Source: Eledone cirrhosa
Lineage: Eukaryota
DNA: 64,000 nt
Direction: 5' to 3'
NCBI GenBank assembly: GCA_964016885.1
Contig: OZ024743.1
Location: forward strand, 181,598,001 to 181,662,000
The notes beneath the pieces were generated by a model, which was not told the origin of the DNA, ran no database searches, and saw only the letters and a program-made list of their open reading frames with translations. This document shows positions 14,801-29,700 of the stretch, piece by piece. Both the position numbers and the translations under genes were made by a program. Numbering within the stretch: the stretch's first letter is position 1; every line of letters starts with the position of its first letter.

Positions 14801-17800
14801 TTATTGTTGGTGGTTTGGTAATTGTGTTGTTGTTGTTGTTGTTATTGGTTGTGATTGGGTAATTGTGTTGTTGTTGTTGTTGTTATTGGTGGTGGTGGTT
14901 TGATTATTGTGTTGTTATTGTTGTTGTTCTTATTGGTTGTGGTTTGATTATTGTGTTGTTGTTGTTGTTATTGGTGGTGGTTTGGTAATTGTGTTGTTGT
15001 TGTTGTTGTTGTTATTGGTGCTGGTTTGGTAATTGTGCTGTTGTTGTTGTTGTTGTTATTGGTGGAGGTTTGTAATTGTGTTGTTGTTGTTATTGGTGGT
15101 GGTTTGGTAATTGTGTTGTTGTTGTTGTTGTTGTTATTGGTGGTGGTTTGGTAATTGTGTTGTTGTTGTTGTTGTTATTGGTGGTGGTTTGCTAATTGTG
15201 TTGTTGTTGTTGTTGTTATTGGTGGTGGTTTGGTAATTGCTTTGTTGTTGTTGTTGTTATTGGTGGTGGTTTGATTATTGTGTTGTTGTTGTTGTTTTTA
15301 TTGGTGGTGGTTTGATGATTGTGTTGCTGTTGTTGTTGTTATTGGTGGTGGTTTGTAATTGTGTTGTTGTTGTTGTTGTTATTGGTGCTGGTTTGGTAAT
15401 TGTGTTGTTGTTGTTATTGGTGGTGGTTTGGTAATTGTGTTGTTGTTGTTGTTATTGGTGGTGGTTCGATTATTGTGTTGTTGTTGTTGTTGTTGTTATT
15501 GGTGGTAGTTTGGTAATTGTGTTGTTGTTGTTATTGTTGGTGGTTCGTTTATTGTGTTGTTGCTGTTGTTGTTGTTATTCGTGGTGGTTTGGTAATTGTG
15601 TTGTTGTTGTTATTATTGTTGGTGGTTTGTAATTGTGTTGTTGTTGTTGTTGTTGTTATTTGGTGGTTTGGTGATTGTGTTGTTGTTGTTATTGGTGGTG
15701 GTTTGGTAATTGTGTTGTTGTTGTTGTTATTGGTGGTGGTTTGCTAAGTGTGTTGTTGTTGTTGTTGTTATTGTTGGTGGTTTGGTAATAGTGTTGTTGT
15801 TGTTGTTATTGGTGGTGGTTTGCTAATTGTGTTGTTGTTGTTGTTGTTATTGTTGGTGGTTTGGTAATTGTGTTGTTGTTGTTATTGTTATTGGTGATGG
15901 TTTGGTAATTGTGTTGTTGTTGTTGTTGTTGTTGTTATTGGTGGTGGTTTGTAATTGTGTTGTTGTTGTTGTTGTTGGTGGTGGTTTGGTAATTGTGTTG
16001 TTGTTGTTGTTATTGGTGGTGGTTTGGTAATTGTGTTGTTGTTGTTATTATTGGTGGTGGTTTGGTAATTGTGTTGTTGTTGTTGTTATTGGTGGTGGTT
16101 TGCTAGTTGTATTGTTGTTGTTGTTGTTATTGTTGGTGGTTCGATTATTGTGTTGTTGTTGTTGTTGTTGTTATTGGTGGTGGTTTGGTAATTGTGTTGT
16201 TGTTATTATTGTTGGTGGTTTGTAATTGTGTTGTTGTTGTTGTTGTTATTGGTGGTGATTTGCTAATTGTGTTGTTGTTGTTGTTGTTGTTGTTGTTATA
16301 GGTGGTGGTTTGGTAATTGTGTTGTTGTTGTTATTGTTATTGATGGTGGTTTGGTAATTGTGTTGTTGTTGTTGTTGTTGTTATTGGTGGTGGTGTGGTA
16401 ATTGTGTTGTAGTTGTTATTGTTGTTATTTGTGCTGGTTTGGTAATTGTGTTGTTGTTGTTATTGGTGGTGGTTTGTTGATTGTGTTGTTGTTGTTGTCG
16501 TTGTTATTGGTGGTGGTTTGGTAATTGTGTTGTTGTTGTTGTTGTTAATGGTGGTGGTTTGTAATTGTGTTGTTGTTGTTATTGGTGGTGGTTTGGTGAT
16601 TGTGTTGTTGTTGTTATTGGTGTTGGTTTGGAAATTGTGTTGTTGTTGTTGTTGTTGTTGTTATTGTTGGTGGTTTGTAATTGTGTTGTTGTTGTTGTTA
16701 TTGGTGGTGGTTTGGTAATTGTGTTGTTGTTGTTGTTGTTATTGGTGATGGTTTGATTATTGTGTTGTTGTTGTTGTTATTGGTGGTGGTTTGATTATTG
16801 TGATATTTTTGTATTTGTTGTTATTGGTGGTGGTTTGGTAATTGTGTTGTTGTTGTTGTTGTTGTTATTGGTGATGGTTTGGTAATTGTGTTGTTGTTGT
16901 TGTTGTTGTTGTTATTGGTGGTGGTTTGTAATTGTGTTGTTGTTGTTGTTATTGGTGGTGGTTTGCTAATTGTGTTGTTGTTGTTGTTGTTATTGGTGGT
17001 GGTTTGGTAATTGTGTTGTTGTTGTTGTTGTTATTGGTGGTGGTTTGCTAATTGTGTTGTTGTTGTTGTTGTTATTGGTGGTGGTTTGGTAATTGCTTTG
17101 TTGTTGTTGTTGTTATTGGTGGTGGTTTGATTATTGTGTTGTTGTTGTTGTTTTTATTGGTGGTGGTTTGATGATTGTGTTACTGTTGTTGTTGTTATTG
17201 GTGGTGGTTTGTAATTGTGTTGTTGTTGTTGTTATTGGTGCTGGTTTGGTAATTGTGTTGTTGTTGTTATTGGTGGTGGTTTGGTAATTGTGTTGTTGTT
17301 GTTGTTATTGGTGGTGGTTTGCTAATTGTGTTGTTGTTGTTGTTGTTATTGTTAGTGGTTTGGTAATTGTGTTGTTGTTGTTGTTGTTATTGGTGGTGGT
17401 TTGATTATTGTGTTGTTATTGTTGTTGTTGTTATTGGTTGTGGTTTGATTATTGTGTTGTTGTTGTTGTTGTTGTTATTGGTGCTGGTTTGGTAATTGTG
17501 TTGTTGTTGTTGTTGTTGTTATTGGTGGAGGTTTGTAATTGTGTTTTTGTTGTTATTGGTGGTGGTTTGGTAAATGTGTTGTTGTTGTTGTTATTGGTGG
17601 TGGTTTGGTAATTGTGTTGTTGCTGTTGTTGTTATTGGTGGTGGTTTGGTAATTGTGTTGTTGCTGTTGTTGTTATTGGTGGTGGTTTGTAATTGTGTTG
17701 TTGTTGTTGTTATTGGTGGTGGTTTGATTATTGTGTTGTTGTTGTTGTTGTTGTTATTGTTGGTGGTTTGATTATGGTGATTTTGTTGTTGTTGTTGTTA

Positions 17801-20800
17801 TTGGTGTTGGTTTGGTAATTGTGTTGTTGTTGTTGTTTTTATTGGTGGTGGTTTGGTAATTGTGTTGTTGTTGTTGTTATTGGTGATGGTTTGATTTTTG
17901 TGTTGTTGTTGTTGTTATTGGTGGTGGTTTGATTATTTTGATATTTTTGTATTTGTTGTTATTGGTGGTGGTTTGGTAATTGTGTTGTTGTTGTTATTGT
18001 TATTGGTGATGGTTTGGTAATTGTGTTGTTGTTGTTGTTGTTGTTGTTATTGGTGGTGGTTTGTAATTGTGTTGTTGTTGTTGTTGTTGGTGGTGGTTTG
18101 GTAATTGTGTTGTTGTTGTTGTTATTGGTGGTGGTTTGGTAATTGTGTTGTTGTTGTTATTATTGGTGGTGGTTTGGTAATTGTGTTGTTGTTGTTGTTA
18201 TTGGTGGTGGTTTGCTAGTTGTATTGTTGTTGTTGTTGTTATTGTTGGTGGTTCGATTATTGTGTTGTTGTTGTTGTTGTTGTTATTGGTGGTGGTTTGG
18301 TAATTGTGTTGTTGTTATTATTGTTGGTGGTTTGTAATTGTGTTGTTGTTGTTGTTGTTATTGGTGGTGATTTGCTAATTGTGTTGTTGTTGTTGTTGTT
18401 GTTGTTATAGGTGGTGGTTTGGTAATTGTGTTGTTGTTGTTATTGTTATTGATGGTGGTTTGGTAATTGTGTTGTTGTTGTTGTTATTATTGGTGGTGGT
18501 TTGCTAATTGTGTTGTTGTTGTTGTTGTTATTGGTGGTGGTTTGGTAATTGTGTTGTTGTTGTTGTTGTTATTGGTGGTGGTTTGATTATTGTGTTGTTA
18601 TTGTTGTTGATGTTATTGGTTGTGGTTTGATTATTGTGTTGTTGTTGTTGTTGTTGTTGTTATTGGTGGTGGTTTGTTCATTGTGTTGTTGTTGTTGTTG
18701 TTGTTATTGGTGGTGGTGTGGTAATTGTGTTGTAGTTGTTATTGTTGTTATTTGTGCTGGTTTGGTAATTGTGTTGTTGTTGTTATTGGTGGTGGTTTGT
18801 TGATTGTGTTGTTGTTGTTGTCGTTGTTATTGGTGGTGGTTTGGTAATTGTGTTGTTGTTGTTGTTGTTAATGGTGGTGGTTTGTAATTGTGTTGTTGTT
18901 GTTATTGGTGGTGGTTTGGTGATTGTGTTGTTGTTGTTATTGGTGTTGGTTTGGAAATTGTGTTGTTGTTGTTGTTGTTGTTGTTATTGTTGGTGGTTTG
19001 TAATTGTGTTGTTGTTGTTGTTATTGGTGGTGGTTTGGTAATTGTGTTGTTGTTGTTGTTGTTATTGGTGATGGTTTGATTATTGTGTTGTTGTTGTTGT
19101 TATTGGTGGTGGTTTGATTATTGTGATATTTTTGTATTTGTTGTTATTGGTGGTGGTTTGGTAATTGTGTTGTTGTTGTTGTTGTTGTTATTGGTGATGG
19201 TTTGGTAATTGTGTTGTTGTTGTTGTTGTTGTTGTTGTTATTGGTGGTGGTTTGTAATTGTGTTGTTGTTGTTGTTATTGGTGGTGGTTTGCTAATTGTG
19301 TTGTTGTTGTTGTTGTTATTGGTGGTGGTTTGGTAATTGTGTTGTTGTTGTTATTATTGGTGATGGTTTGGTAATTGTGTTGTTGCTGTTGTTATTAGTG
19401 GTGGTTTGCTAATTGTCTTGTTGTTGTTGTTGTTATTGTTGGTGGTTCGATTATTGTGTTGATGTTGTTGTTGTTGTTATTGGTGGTGGTTTGGTAATTG
19501 TGTTGTTGTTGTTATTGTTGTTATTGGTGATGGTTTGGTAATTGTGTTGTTGTTGTTGTTGTTGTTGTTATTCGTGGTGGTTTGGTAATTGTGATGTTGT
19601 TGTTATTATTGTTGGTGGTTTGTAATTGTGTTGTTGTTGTTGTTATTGGTGGTGATTTGCTAATTGTGTTGTTGTTGTTGTTGCTGTTGTTGTTGTTATT
19701 GGTGGTGGTTTGGTAATTGTGTGGTTGTTGTTGTTATTATTGGTGGTGGTTTGGTAATTATGTTGTTGTCGTTGTTGTTATTGGTGGTGGTTTGCTAATT
19801 GTGTTGTTGTTGTTGTTGTTATTGTTGGTGGTTTGGTAATTGTGTTGTTGTTGTTGTTGTTGTTATTGGTGGTGGTTTGGTAATTGTGTTGTTGTTGTTG
19901 TTGTTATTGGAGGTGGTTTGCTAATTGTGTTGTTGTTGTTGTTGTTATTGGTGGTGGTTTGGTAATTGCTTTGTTGTTGTTGTTGTTATTGGTGGTGGTT
20001 TGATTATTGTGTTGTTGTTGTTGTTTTTATTGGTGGTGGTTTGATGATTGTGTTGCTGTTGTTGTTGTTATTGGTGGTGGTTTGTAATTGTGTTGTTGTT
20101 GTTGTTATTGGTGGTGGTTTGGTAATTGTGTTGTTGTTGTTGTTATTGGTGGTGGTTTGCTAATTGTATTGTTGTTGTTGTTGTTATTGTTGGTGGTTCG
20201 ATTATTGTGTTGTTGTTGTTGTTGTTGTTATTGGTGGTAGTTTGGTAATTGTGTTGTTGTTGTTGTTATTGTTGGTGGTTCGTTTATTGTGTTGTTGCTG
20301 TTGTTGTTGTTATTCGTGGTGGTTTGGTAATTGTGTTGTTGTTGTTATTATTGTTGGTGGTTTGTAATTGTGTTGTTGTTGTTGTTGTTGTTATTTGGTG
20401 GTTTGTTGATTGTGTTGTTGTTGTTGTTATTGGTGGTGGTTTGGTAATTGTGTTGTTATTGTTGTTATTGGTGGTGGTTTGCTAATTGTGTTGTTGTTGT
20501 TGTTGTTATTTTTGGTGGTTTGGTAATAGTGTTGTTGTTGTTGTTATTTGTGGTGGTTTGCTAATTGTGTTGTTGTTGTTGTTGTTATTGTTGGTGGTTT
20601 GGTAATAGTGTTGTTGTTGTTGTTGTTGTTATTGGTGGTGGTTTGGTAATTGTGTTGTTGTTGTTGTAGTTATTGGTGGTGGATTGATTATTGTGTTGTT
20701 ATTGTTGTTGTTGTTATTCGTTGTGGTTTGATTATTGTGTTGTTGTGTTGTTGTTATTGATGGTGGTTTGTTCATTGTGTTGTTGTTGTTATTATTGGTG

Positions 20801-22848
20801 GTGGTTTGTTAATTGTGTTGTAGTTGTTGTTGTTGTTATTGGTGCTGGTTTGTTGATTGTGTTGTTGTTGTCGTTGTTATTGGTGGTGGTTTGGTAATTG
20901 TGTTGTTGTTGTTGTTATTGTTGGTTGTTTGTAATTGTGTTGTTGTTGTTGTTATTGGTGGTGGTTTGGTGATTGTGTTGTTGTTGTTGTTGTTGTTATT
21001 GGTGTTGGTTTGGTCATTGTGTTGTTGTTGTTGTTGTTGTTATTGTTGGTGGTTTGTAATTGTGTTGTTGTTGTTATTGGTGGTGGTTTGGTAATTGTGT
21101 TGTTGTTGTTGTTGTTATTGGTGATGGTTTGATTATTGTGTTGTTGTTGTTGTTATTGGTGGTGGTTTGGTAATTGTGTTGTTGTTGTTGTTGTTATTGG
21201 TGATGGTTTGGTAATTGTGTTGTTGTTGTAGTTGTTGTTATTGGTGGTGGTTGGTAATCATGTTGTTATTGTTGTTGTTATTGGTGGTGGTTTGTAATTG
21301 TGTTGTTGTTGTTGTTATTGGTGGAGGTTTGCTAATTGTATTGTTGTTGTTGTTGTTATTGTTGGTGGTTCGATTATTGTGTTGTTGTTGTTGTTGTTGT
21401 TGTTGTTATTGGTGGTGGTTTGGTAATTGTGTTGTTGTTGTTATTGTTGGTGTTTCGTTTATTGTGTTGTTGCTGTTGTTGTTGTTATTCGTGGTGGTTT
21501 GGTAATTGTGATGTTGTTGTTATTATTGTTGGTGGTTTGTAATTGTGTCGTTGTTGTTGTTGTTATTGGTGGTGATTTGCTAATTGTGTTGTTGTTGTTG
21601 TTGTTGTTATTGGTGGTGGTTTGGTAATTGTGTTGTTGTTGTTGTTATTGATGGTGGTTTGGTAATTGTGTTGTTGTTGTTGTTATTATTGGTGGTGGTT
21701 TGGTAATTATGTTGTTGTTGTTGTTGTGATTGGTGGTGGTTTGCTAATTGTGTTGTTGTTGTTGTTGTTATTGTTGGTGGTTTGGTAATTGTGTTGTTGT
21801 TGTTGTTGTTATTGGTTGTGATTGGGTAATTGTGTTGTTGTTGTTGTTGTTATTGGTGGTGGTGGTTTGATTATTGTGTTGTTATTGTTGTTGTTCTTAT
21901 TGGTTGTGGTTTGATTATTGTGTTGTTGTTGTTGTTATTGGTGGTGGTTTGGTAATTGTGTTGTTGTTGTTGTTGTTGTTATTGGTGCTCGTTTGGTAAT
22001 TGTGCTGTTGTTGTTGTTGTTGTTATTGGTGGAGGTTTGTAATTGTGTTGTTGTTGTTATTGGTGGTGGTTTGGTAATTGTGTTGTTGTTGTTGTTGTTG
22101 TTATTGGTGGTGGTTTGGTAATTGTGTTGTTGTTGTTGTTGTTATTGGTGGTGGTTTGCTAATTGTGTTGTTGTTGTTGTTGTTATTGGTGGTGGTTTGG
22201 TAATTGCTTTGTTGTTGTTGTTGTTATTGGTGGTGGTTTGATTATTGTGTTGTTGTTGTTGTTTTTATTGGTGGTGGTTTGATGATTGTGTTGCTGTTGT
22301 TGTTGTTATTGGTGGTGGTTTGTAATTGTGTTGTTGTTGTTGTTGTTATTGGTGCTGGTTTGGTAATTGTGTTGTTGTTGTTATTGGTGGTGGTTTGGTA
22401 ATTGTGTTGTTGTTGTTGTTATTGGTGGTGGTTCGATTATTGTGTTGTTGTTGTTGTTGTTGTTATTGGTGGTAGTTTGGTAATTGTGTTGTTGTTGTTA
22501 TTGTTGGTGGTTCGTTTATTGTGTTGTTGCTGTTGTTGTTGTTATTCGTGGTGGTTTGGTAATTGTGTTGTTGTTGTTATTATTGTTGGTGGTTTGTAAT
22601 TGTGTTGTTGTTGTTGTTGTTGTTATTTGGTGGTTTGGTGATTGTGTTGTTGTTGTTATTGGTGGTGGTTTGGTAATTGTGTTGTTGTTGTTGTTATTGG
22701 TGGTGGTTTGCTAAGTGTGTTGTTGTTGTTGTTGTTATTGTTGGTGGTTTGGTAATAGTGTTGTTGTTGTTGTTATTGGTGGTGGTTTGCTAATTGTGTT
22801 GTTGTTGTTGTTGTTATTGTTGGTGGTTTGGTAATTGTGTTGTTGTTG
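8887..22848. repeat. Higher-order tandem duplication, period 6,967 bp (two copies)
   Basis: Identical pseudo-ORFs recur at a constant offset of 6,967 (9064/16031, 10126/17093, 11176/18143, 12999/19966, 14951/21918, 15517/22484); only a few substitutions seen by eye (e.g. ~15023 ctggt vs ~21990 ctcgt). Confidence 0.93.
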
Positions 22849-25800
22849 ATGTTGTTATTGGTGGTGGTTTGGTAATTGTGTTGTTGTTGTTGTTGTTATT
22901 GGTGGTGGTTTGGTAATTGTGTTGTTGTTGTTGTTGTTATTGGTGGTGGTTTGGTAATTGTGTTGTTGTTGTTGTTGTTATTGGTGGTGGTTTGCTAATT
23001 GTGTTGTTGTTGTTGTTGTTATTGTTGGTGGTTTGGTAATAGTGTTGTTGTTGTTGTTGTTGTTGTTATTGGTGGTGGTTTGGTAATTGTGTTGTTGTTG
23101 TTGTAGTTATTGGTGGTGGATTGATTATTGTGTTGTTATTGTTGTTGTTGTTATTCGTTGTGGTTTGATTATTGTGTTGTTGTTGTTGTTGTTATTGATG
23201 GTGGTTTGTTCATTGTGTTGTTGTTGTTGTTATTATTGGTGGTGGTTTGTTAATTGTGTTGTAGTTGTTGTTGTTGTTATTGGTGCTGGTTTGTTGATTG
23301 TGTTGTTGTTGTCGTTGTTATTGGTGGTGGTTTGGTAATTGTGTTGTTGTTGTTGTTATTGTTGGTGGTTTGTAATTGTGTTGTTGTTGTTGTTATTGGT
23401 GGTGGTTTGGTGATTGTGTTGTTGTTGTTGTTGTTGTTATTGGTGTTGGTTTGGTCATTGTGTTGTTGTTGTTGTTGTTGTTATTGTTGGTGGTTTGTAA
23501 TTGTGTTGTTGTTGTTATTGGTGGTGGTTTGGTAATTGTGTTGTTGTTGTTGTTGTTATTGGTGATGGTTTGATTATTGTGTTGTTGTTGTTGTTATTGG
23601 TGGTGGTTTGGTAATTGTGTTGTTGTTGTTGTTGTTATTGGTGATGGTTTGGTAATTGTGTTGTTGTTGTAGTTGTTGTTATTGGTGGTGGTTGGTAATC
23701 ATGTTGTTATTGTTGTTGTTATTGGTGGTGGTTTGTAATTGTGTTGTTGTTGTTGTTATTGGTGGTGGTTTGGTAATTGTGTTGTTGTTGTTGTTGTTAT
23801 TGGTGGTGGTTTGGTAATTGTGTTGTTGTTGTTATTATTGGTGGTGGTTTGGTAATTGTGTTGTTGTTGTTATTGGTGGTGGTTTACTAATTGTATTGTT
23901 GTTGTTGTTGTTATTGTTGGTGGTTCGATTATTGTGTTGTTGTTGTTGTTGTTATTGGTGATGGTTTGGTAATTGTGTTGTTGTTGTAGTTGTTGTTATT
24001 GGTGGTGGTTGGTAATCATGTTGTTATTGTTGTTGTTATTGGTGGTGGTTTGGTAATTGTGTTGTTGTTGTTATTGTTGGTGTTTCGTTTATTGTGTTGT
24101 TGCTGTTGTTGTTGTTATTCGTGGTGGTTTGGTAATTGTGATGTTGTTGTTATTATTGTTGGTGGTTTATAATTGTGTCGTTGTTGTTGTTGTTATTGGT
24201 GGTGATTTGCTAATTGTGTTGTTGTTGTTGTTGTTGTTATTGGTGGTGGTTTGGTAATTGTGTTGTTGTTGTTGTTATTGATGGTGGTTTGGTAATTGTG
24301 TTGTTGTTGTTGTTATTATTGGTGGTGGTTTGGTAATTATGTTGTTGTTGTTGTTGTGATTGGTGGTGGTTTGCTAATTGTGTTGTTGTTGTTGTTGTTA
24401 TTGTTGGTGGTTTGGTAATTGTGTTGTTGTTGTTGTTGTTATTGGTTGTGATTTGGTAATTGTGTTGTTGTTGTTGTTGTTATTGGTGGTGGTGGTTTGA
24501 TTATTGTGTTGTTATTGTTGTTGTTCTTATTGGTTGTGGTTTGATTATTGTGTTGTTGTTGTTGTTGTTATTGGTGGTGGTTTGGTAATTGTGTTGTTGT
24601 TGTTGTTGTTGTTATTGGTGCTGGTTTGGTAATTGTGTTGTTGTTGTTGTTGTTGTTATTGGTGGAGGTTTGTAATTGTGTTGTTGTTGTTATTGGTGGT
24701 GGTTTGGTAATTGTGTTGTTGTTGTTGTTGTTATTGGTGGTGGTTTGGTAATTGTGTTGTTGTTGTTGTTGTTATTGGTGGTGGTTTGTAATTGTGTTGT
24801 TGTTGTTGTTATTGGTGGTGGTTTGATTATTGTGTTGTTGTTGTTGTTGTTATTGTTGGTGGTTTGATTATGGTGATTTTGTTGTTGTTGTTGTTATTGG
24901 TGTTGGTATGGTAATTGTGTTGTTGTTGTTGTTGTTATTGGTGGTGGTTTGGTAATTGTGTTGTTGTTGTTGTTGTTATTGGTGGTGGTTTGGTAATTGT
25001 GTTGTTGTTGTTGTTGTTATTGGTGGTGGTTTGGTAATCGTGTTGTTATTATTGTTGTTATTGGTGGTGGTTTGGTAATTGTGTTGTTGTTGTTGTTGTT
25101 ATTGGTGCTGGTTTGGTAATTGTGTTGTTGTTGTTGTTGTTGTTATTGGTGGTCTGGTAATTGTGTTTTTGTTGTTGTTGTTGTTATTGTTGGTGGTTTG
25201 GTAATTGTGTTGTTGTTGTTGTTGTTATTGGTGGTGGTTTGCTAATTATGTTGTTGTTGTTGTTGTTATTGGTGGTGGTTTGGTAATTGTGTTGTTGTTG
25301 TTGTTATTGGTGGTGGTTTGTAATTGTGTTGTTGTTGTTGTTGTTGTTATTAGTGGTGGATTGGTAATTGTGTTGTTGTTGTTGTTGTTATTGGTGGTTG
25401 TTTGATTATTGTGTTCTTGTTGTTGTTGTTATTGGTGGTGGTTTGTTGATTGTGTTGTTGTTGTTGTCGTTGTTATTGGTGGTTGTTTCGTAATTGCGTT
25501 ATTGTTGTTGTTGTTGTTATTGGTGGTGGTTTCGTAATTGTGTTGTTGTTGTTGTTGTTATTGGTGGTGGTTTGTAATTGTGTTGTTGTTGTTGTTATTG
25601 GTGGTGGTTTGGTAATTGTGTTGTTGTTGTTGTTGTTATTGGTGGAGGTTTGGTAATTGTGTTGTTGTTGTTGTTGTTATTGGTGGTGGTTTCCTAATTG
25701 TGTTGTTGTTGTTGTTGTTATTGTTGGTGGTTTGGTAATTGTGTTGTTGTTGTTGTTGTTATTGGTGGTGGTTTGGTAATTATGTTGTTGTTGTTGTTAT

Positions 25801-26739
25801 TGGTGGTGGTTTGCTAATTGTGTTGTTTTTGTTGTTGTTGTTATTGGTGGTGGTTTGGTAATTGTGTTGTTGTTGTTGTTGTTATTGGTGGTGGTTTGAT
25901 TATTGTGTTGTTATTGTTGTTGTTGTTATTCGTTGTGGTTTGATTATTGTGTTGTTGTTGTTGTTGTTATTGGTGGTGGTTTGTTCATTGTGTTGTTGTT
26001 GTTGTTGTTATTATTGGTGGTGGTTTGGTAATTGTGTTGTTGTTGTTGTTGTTGTTGTTATTGGTGCTGGTTTGGTAATTGTGTTGTTGTTGTTGTTGTT
26101 ATTGGTGGTGGTTTGTTGGTTGTGTTGTTGTTGTCGTTGTTATTGGTGGTGGTTTGGTAATTGTGTTGTTGTTGTTGTTATTGGTGGTGGTTTGTAATTG
26201 TGTTGTTGTTGTTGTTATTGGTGGTGGTTTGGTGATTGTGTTGTTGTTGTTGTTGTTGTTATTGGTGTTGGTTTGGTAATTGTGTTGTTGTTGTTGTTAT
26301 TGTTGGTGGTTTGTAATTGTGTTGTTGTTGTTGTTATTGGTGGTGGTTTGGTAATTGTGTTGTTGTTGTTGTTATTGGTGATGGTTTGATTATTGTGTTG
26401 TTGTTGTTGTTATTGGTGGTGGTTTGATTATTGTGATATTTTTGTATTTGTTGTTATTGGTGGTGGTTTGGTAATTGTGTTGTTGTTGTTGTTGTTATTG
26501 GTGATGGTTTGGTAATTGTGTTGTTGTTGTAGTTGTTGTTATTGGTGGTGGTTGGTAATCGTTTTGTTATTGTTGTTGTTATTGGTGGTGGTTTGTAATT
26601 GTGTTGTTGTTGTTGTTATTGGTCGTGGTTTGCTAATTGTGTTGTTGTTGTTGTTGTTATTGTTGGTGGTTTGGTAATTGTGTTGTTGTTGATGTTGTTA
26701 TTGGTGGTGGTTTGGTAATTGTGTTGTTGTTGTTGTTGT

Positions 26740-29700
26740 TATTGGTGGTGGTTTGGTAATTGTGTTGTTGTTGTTGTTGTTATTGGTGGTGGTTTGGTAA
26801 TTGTGTTGTTGTTGTTGTTATTGGTGGTGGTTTGCTAATTGTGTTGTTGTTGTTGTTGTTATTGTTGGTGGTTTGGTAATAGTGTTGTTGTTGTTGTTGT
26901 TGTTGTTATTGGTGGTGGTTTGGTAATTGTGTTGTTGTTGTTGTAGTTATTGGTGGTGGATTGATTATTGTGTTGTTATTGTTGTTGTTGTTATTCGTTG
27001 TGGTTTGATTATTGTGTTGTTGTTGTTGTTGTTATTGATGGTGGTTTGTTCATTGTGTTGTTGTTGTTGTTATTATTGGTGGTGGTTTGTTAATTGTGTT
27101 GTAGTTGTTGTTGTTGTTATTGGTGCTGGTTTGTTGATTGTGTTGTTGTTGTCGTTGTTATTGGTGGTGGTTTGGTAATTGTGTTGTTGTTGTTGTTATT
27201 GTTGGTGGTTTGTAATTGTGTTGTTGTTGTTGTTATTGGTGGTGGTTTGGTGATTGTGTTGTTGTTGTTGTTGTTGTTATTGGTGTTGGTTTGGTCATTG
27301 TGTTGTTGTTGTTGTTGTTGTTATTGTTGGTGGTTTGTAATTGTGTTGTTGTTGTTATTGGTGGTGGTTTGGTAATTGTGTTGTTGTTGTTGTTGTTATT
27401 GGTGATGGTTTGATTATTGTGTTGTTGTTGTTGTTATTGGTGGTGGTTTGGTAATTGTGTTGTTGTTGTTGTTGTTATTGGTGATGGTTTGGTAATTGTG
27501 TTGTTGTTGTAGTTGTTGTTATTGGTGGTGGTTGGTAATCATGTTGTTATTGTTGTTGTTATTGGTGGTGGTTTGTAATTGTGTTGTTGTTGTTGTTATT
27601 GGTGGTGGTTTGGTAATTGTGTTGTTGTTGTTGTTGTTATTGGTGGTGGTTTGGTAAGTGTGTTGTTGTTGTTATTATTGGTGGTGGTTTGGTAATTGTG
27701 TTGTTGTTGTTGTTATTGGTGGTGGTTTACTAATTGTATTGTTGTTGTTGTTATTGTTGGTGGTTCGATTATTGTGTTGTTGTTGTTGTTGTTGTTATTG
27801 GTGGTGGTTTGGTAATTGTGTTGTTGTTGTTATTGTTGGTGTTTCGTTTATTGTGTTGTTGCTGTTGTTGTTGTTATTCGTGGTGGTTTGGTAATTGTGA
27901 TGTTGTTGTTATTATTGTTGGTGGTTTGTAATTGTGTCGTTGTTGTTGTTGTTATTGGTGGTGATTTGCTAATTGTGTTGTTGTTGTTGTTGTTGTTATT
28001 GGTGGTGGTTTGGTAATTGTGTTGTTGTTGTTGTTATTGATGGTGGTTTGGTAATTGTGTTGTTGTTGTTGTTATTATTGGTGGTGGTTTGGTAATTATG
28101 TTGTTGTTGTTGTTGTGATTGGTGGTGGTTTGCTAATTGTGTTGTTGTTGTTGTTGTTATTGTTGGTGGTTTGGTAATTGTGTTGTTGTTGTTGTTGTTA
28201 TTGGTTGTGATTTGGTAATTGTGTTGTTGTTGTTGTTGTTATTGGTGGTGGTGGTTTGATTATTGTGTTGTTATTGTTGTTGTTCTTATTGGTTGTGGTT
28301 TGATTATTGTGTTGTTGTTGTTGTTGTTATTGGTGGTGGTTTGGTAATTGTGTTGTTGTTGTTGTTGTTGTTATTGGTGCTGGTTTGGTAATTGTGTTGT
28401 TGTTGTTGTTGTTGTTATTGGTGGAGGTTTGTAATTGTGTTGTTGTTGTTATTGGTGGTGGTTTGGTAATTGTGTTGTTGTTGTTGTTGTTATTGGTGGT
28501 GGTTTGGTAATTGTGTTGTTGTTGTTGTTGTTATTGGTGGTGGTTTGTAATTGTGTTGTTGTTGTTGTTATTGGTGGTGGTTTGATTATTGTGTTGTTGT
28601 TGTTGTTGTTATTGTTGGTGGTTTGATTATGGTGATTTTGTTATTGTTGTTGTTATTGGTGTTGGTATGGTAATTGTGTTGTTGTTGTTGTTGTTATTGG
28701 TGGTGGTTTGGTAATTGTGTTGTTGTTGTTGTTGTTATTGGTGGTGGTTTGGTAATTGTGTTGTTGTTGTTGTTGTTATTGGTGGTGGTTTGGTAATCGT
28801 GTTGTTATTATTGTTGTTATTGGTGGTGGTTTGGTAATTGTGTTGTTGTTGTTGTTGTTATTGGTGCTGGTTTGGTAATTGTGTTGTTGTTGTTATTATT
28901 GGTGGTGGTTTGGTAATTGTGTTGTTGTTGTTGTTATTGGTGGTGGTTTGCTAATTGTATTGTTGTTGTTGTTGTTATTGTTGGTGGTTCGATTATTGTG
29001 TTGTTGTTGTTGTTGTTGTTGTTATTGGTGGTGGTTTGGTAATTGTGTTGTTGTTGTTATTGTTGGTGGTTCGTTTATTGTGTTGTTGCTGTTGTTGTTG
29101 TTATTCGTGGTGGTTTGGTAATTGTGATGTTGTTGTTGTTGTTATTGGTGGTGGTCTGGTAATTGTGTTTTTGTTGTTGTTGTTGTTATTGTTGGTGGTT
29201 TGGTAATTGTGTTGTTGTTGTTGTTGTTATTGGTGGTGGTTTGCTAATTATGTTGTTGTTGTTGTTGTTATTGGTGGTGGTTTGGTAATTGTGTTGTTGT
29301 TGTTATTGGTGGTGGTTTGTAATTGTGTTGTTGTTGTTGTTGTTGTTATTAGTGGTGGATTGGTAATTGTGTTGTTGTTGTTGTTGTTATTGGTGGTTGT
29401 TTGATTATTGTGTTCTTGTTGTTGTTGTTATTGGTGGTGGTTTGTTGATTGTGTTGTTGTTGTTGTCGTTGTTATTGGTGGTTGTTTCGTAATTGCGTTA
29501 TTGTTGTTGTTGTTGTTATTGGTGGTGGTTTCGTAATTGTGTTGTTGTTGTTGTTGTTATTGGTGGTGGTTTGTAATTGTGTTGTTGTTGTTGTTATTGG
29601 TGGTGGTTTGGTAATTGTGTTGTTGTTGTTGTTGTTATTGGTGGAGGTTTGGTAATTGTGTTGTTGTTGTTGTTGTTATTGGTGGTGGTTTCCTAATTGT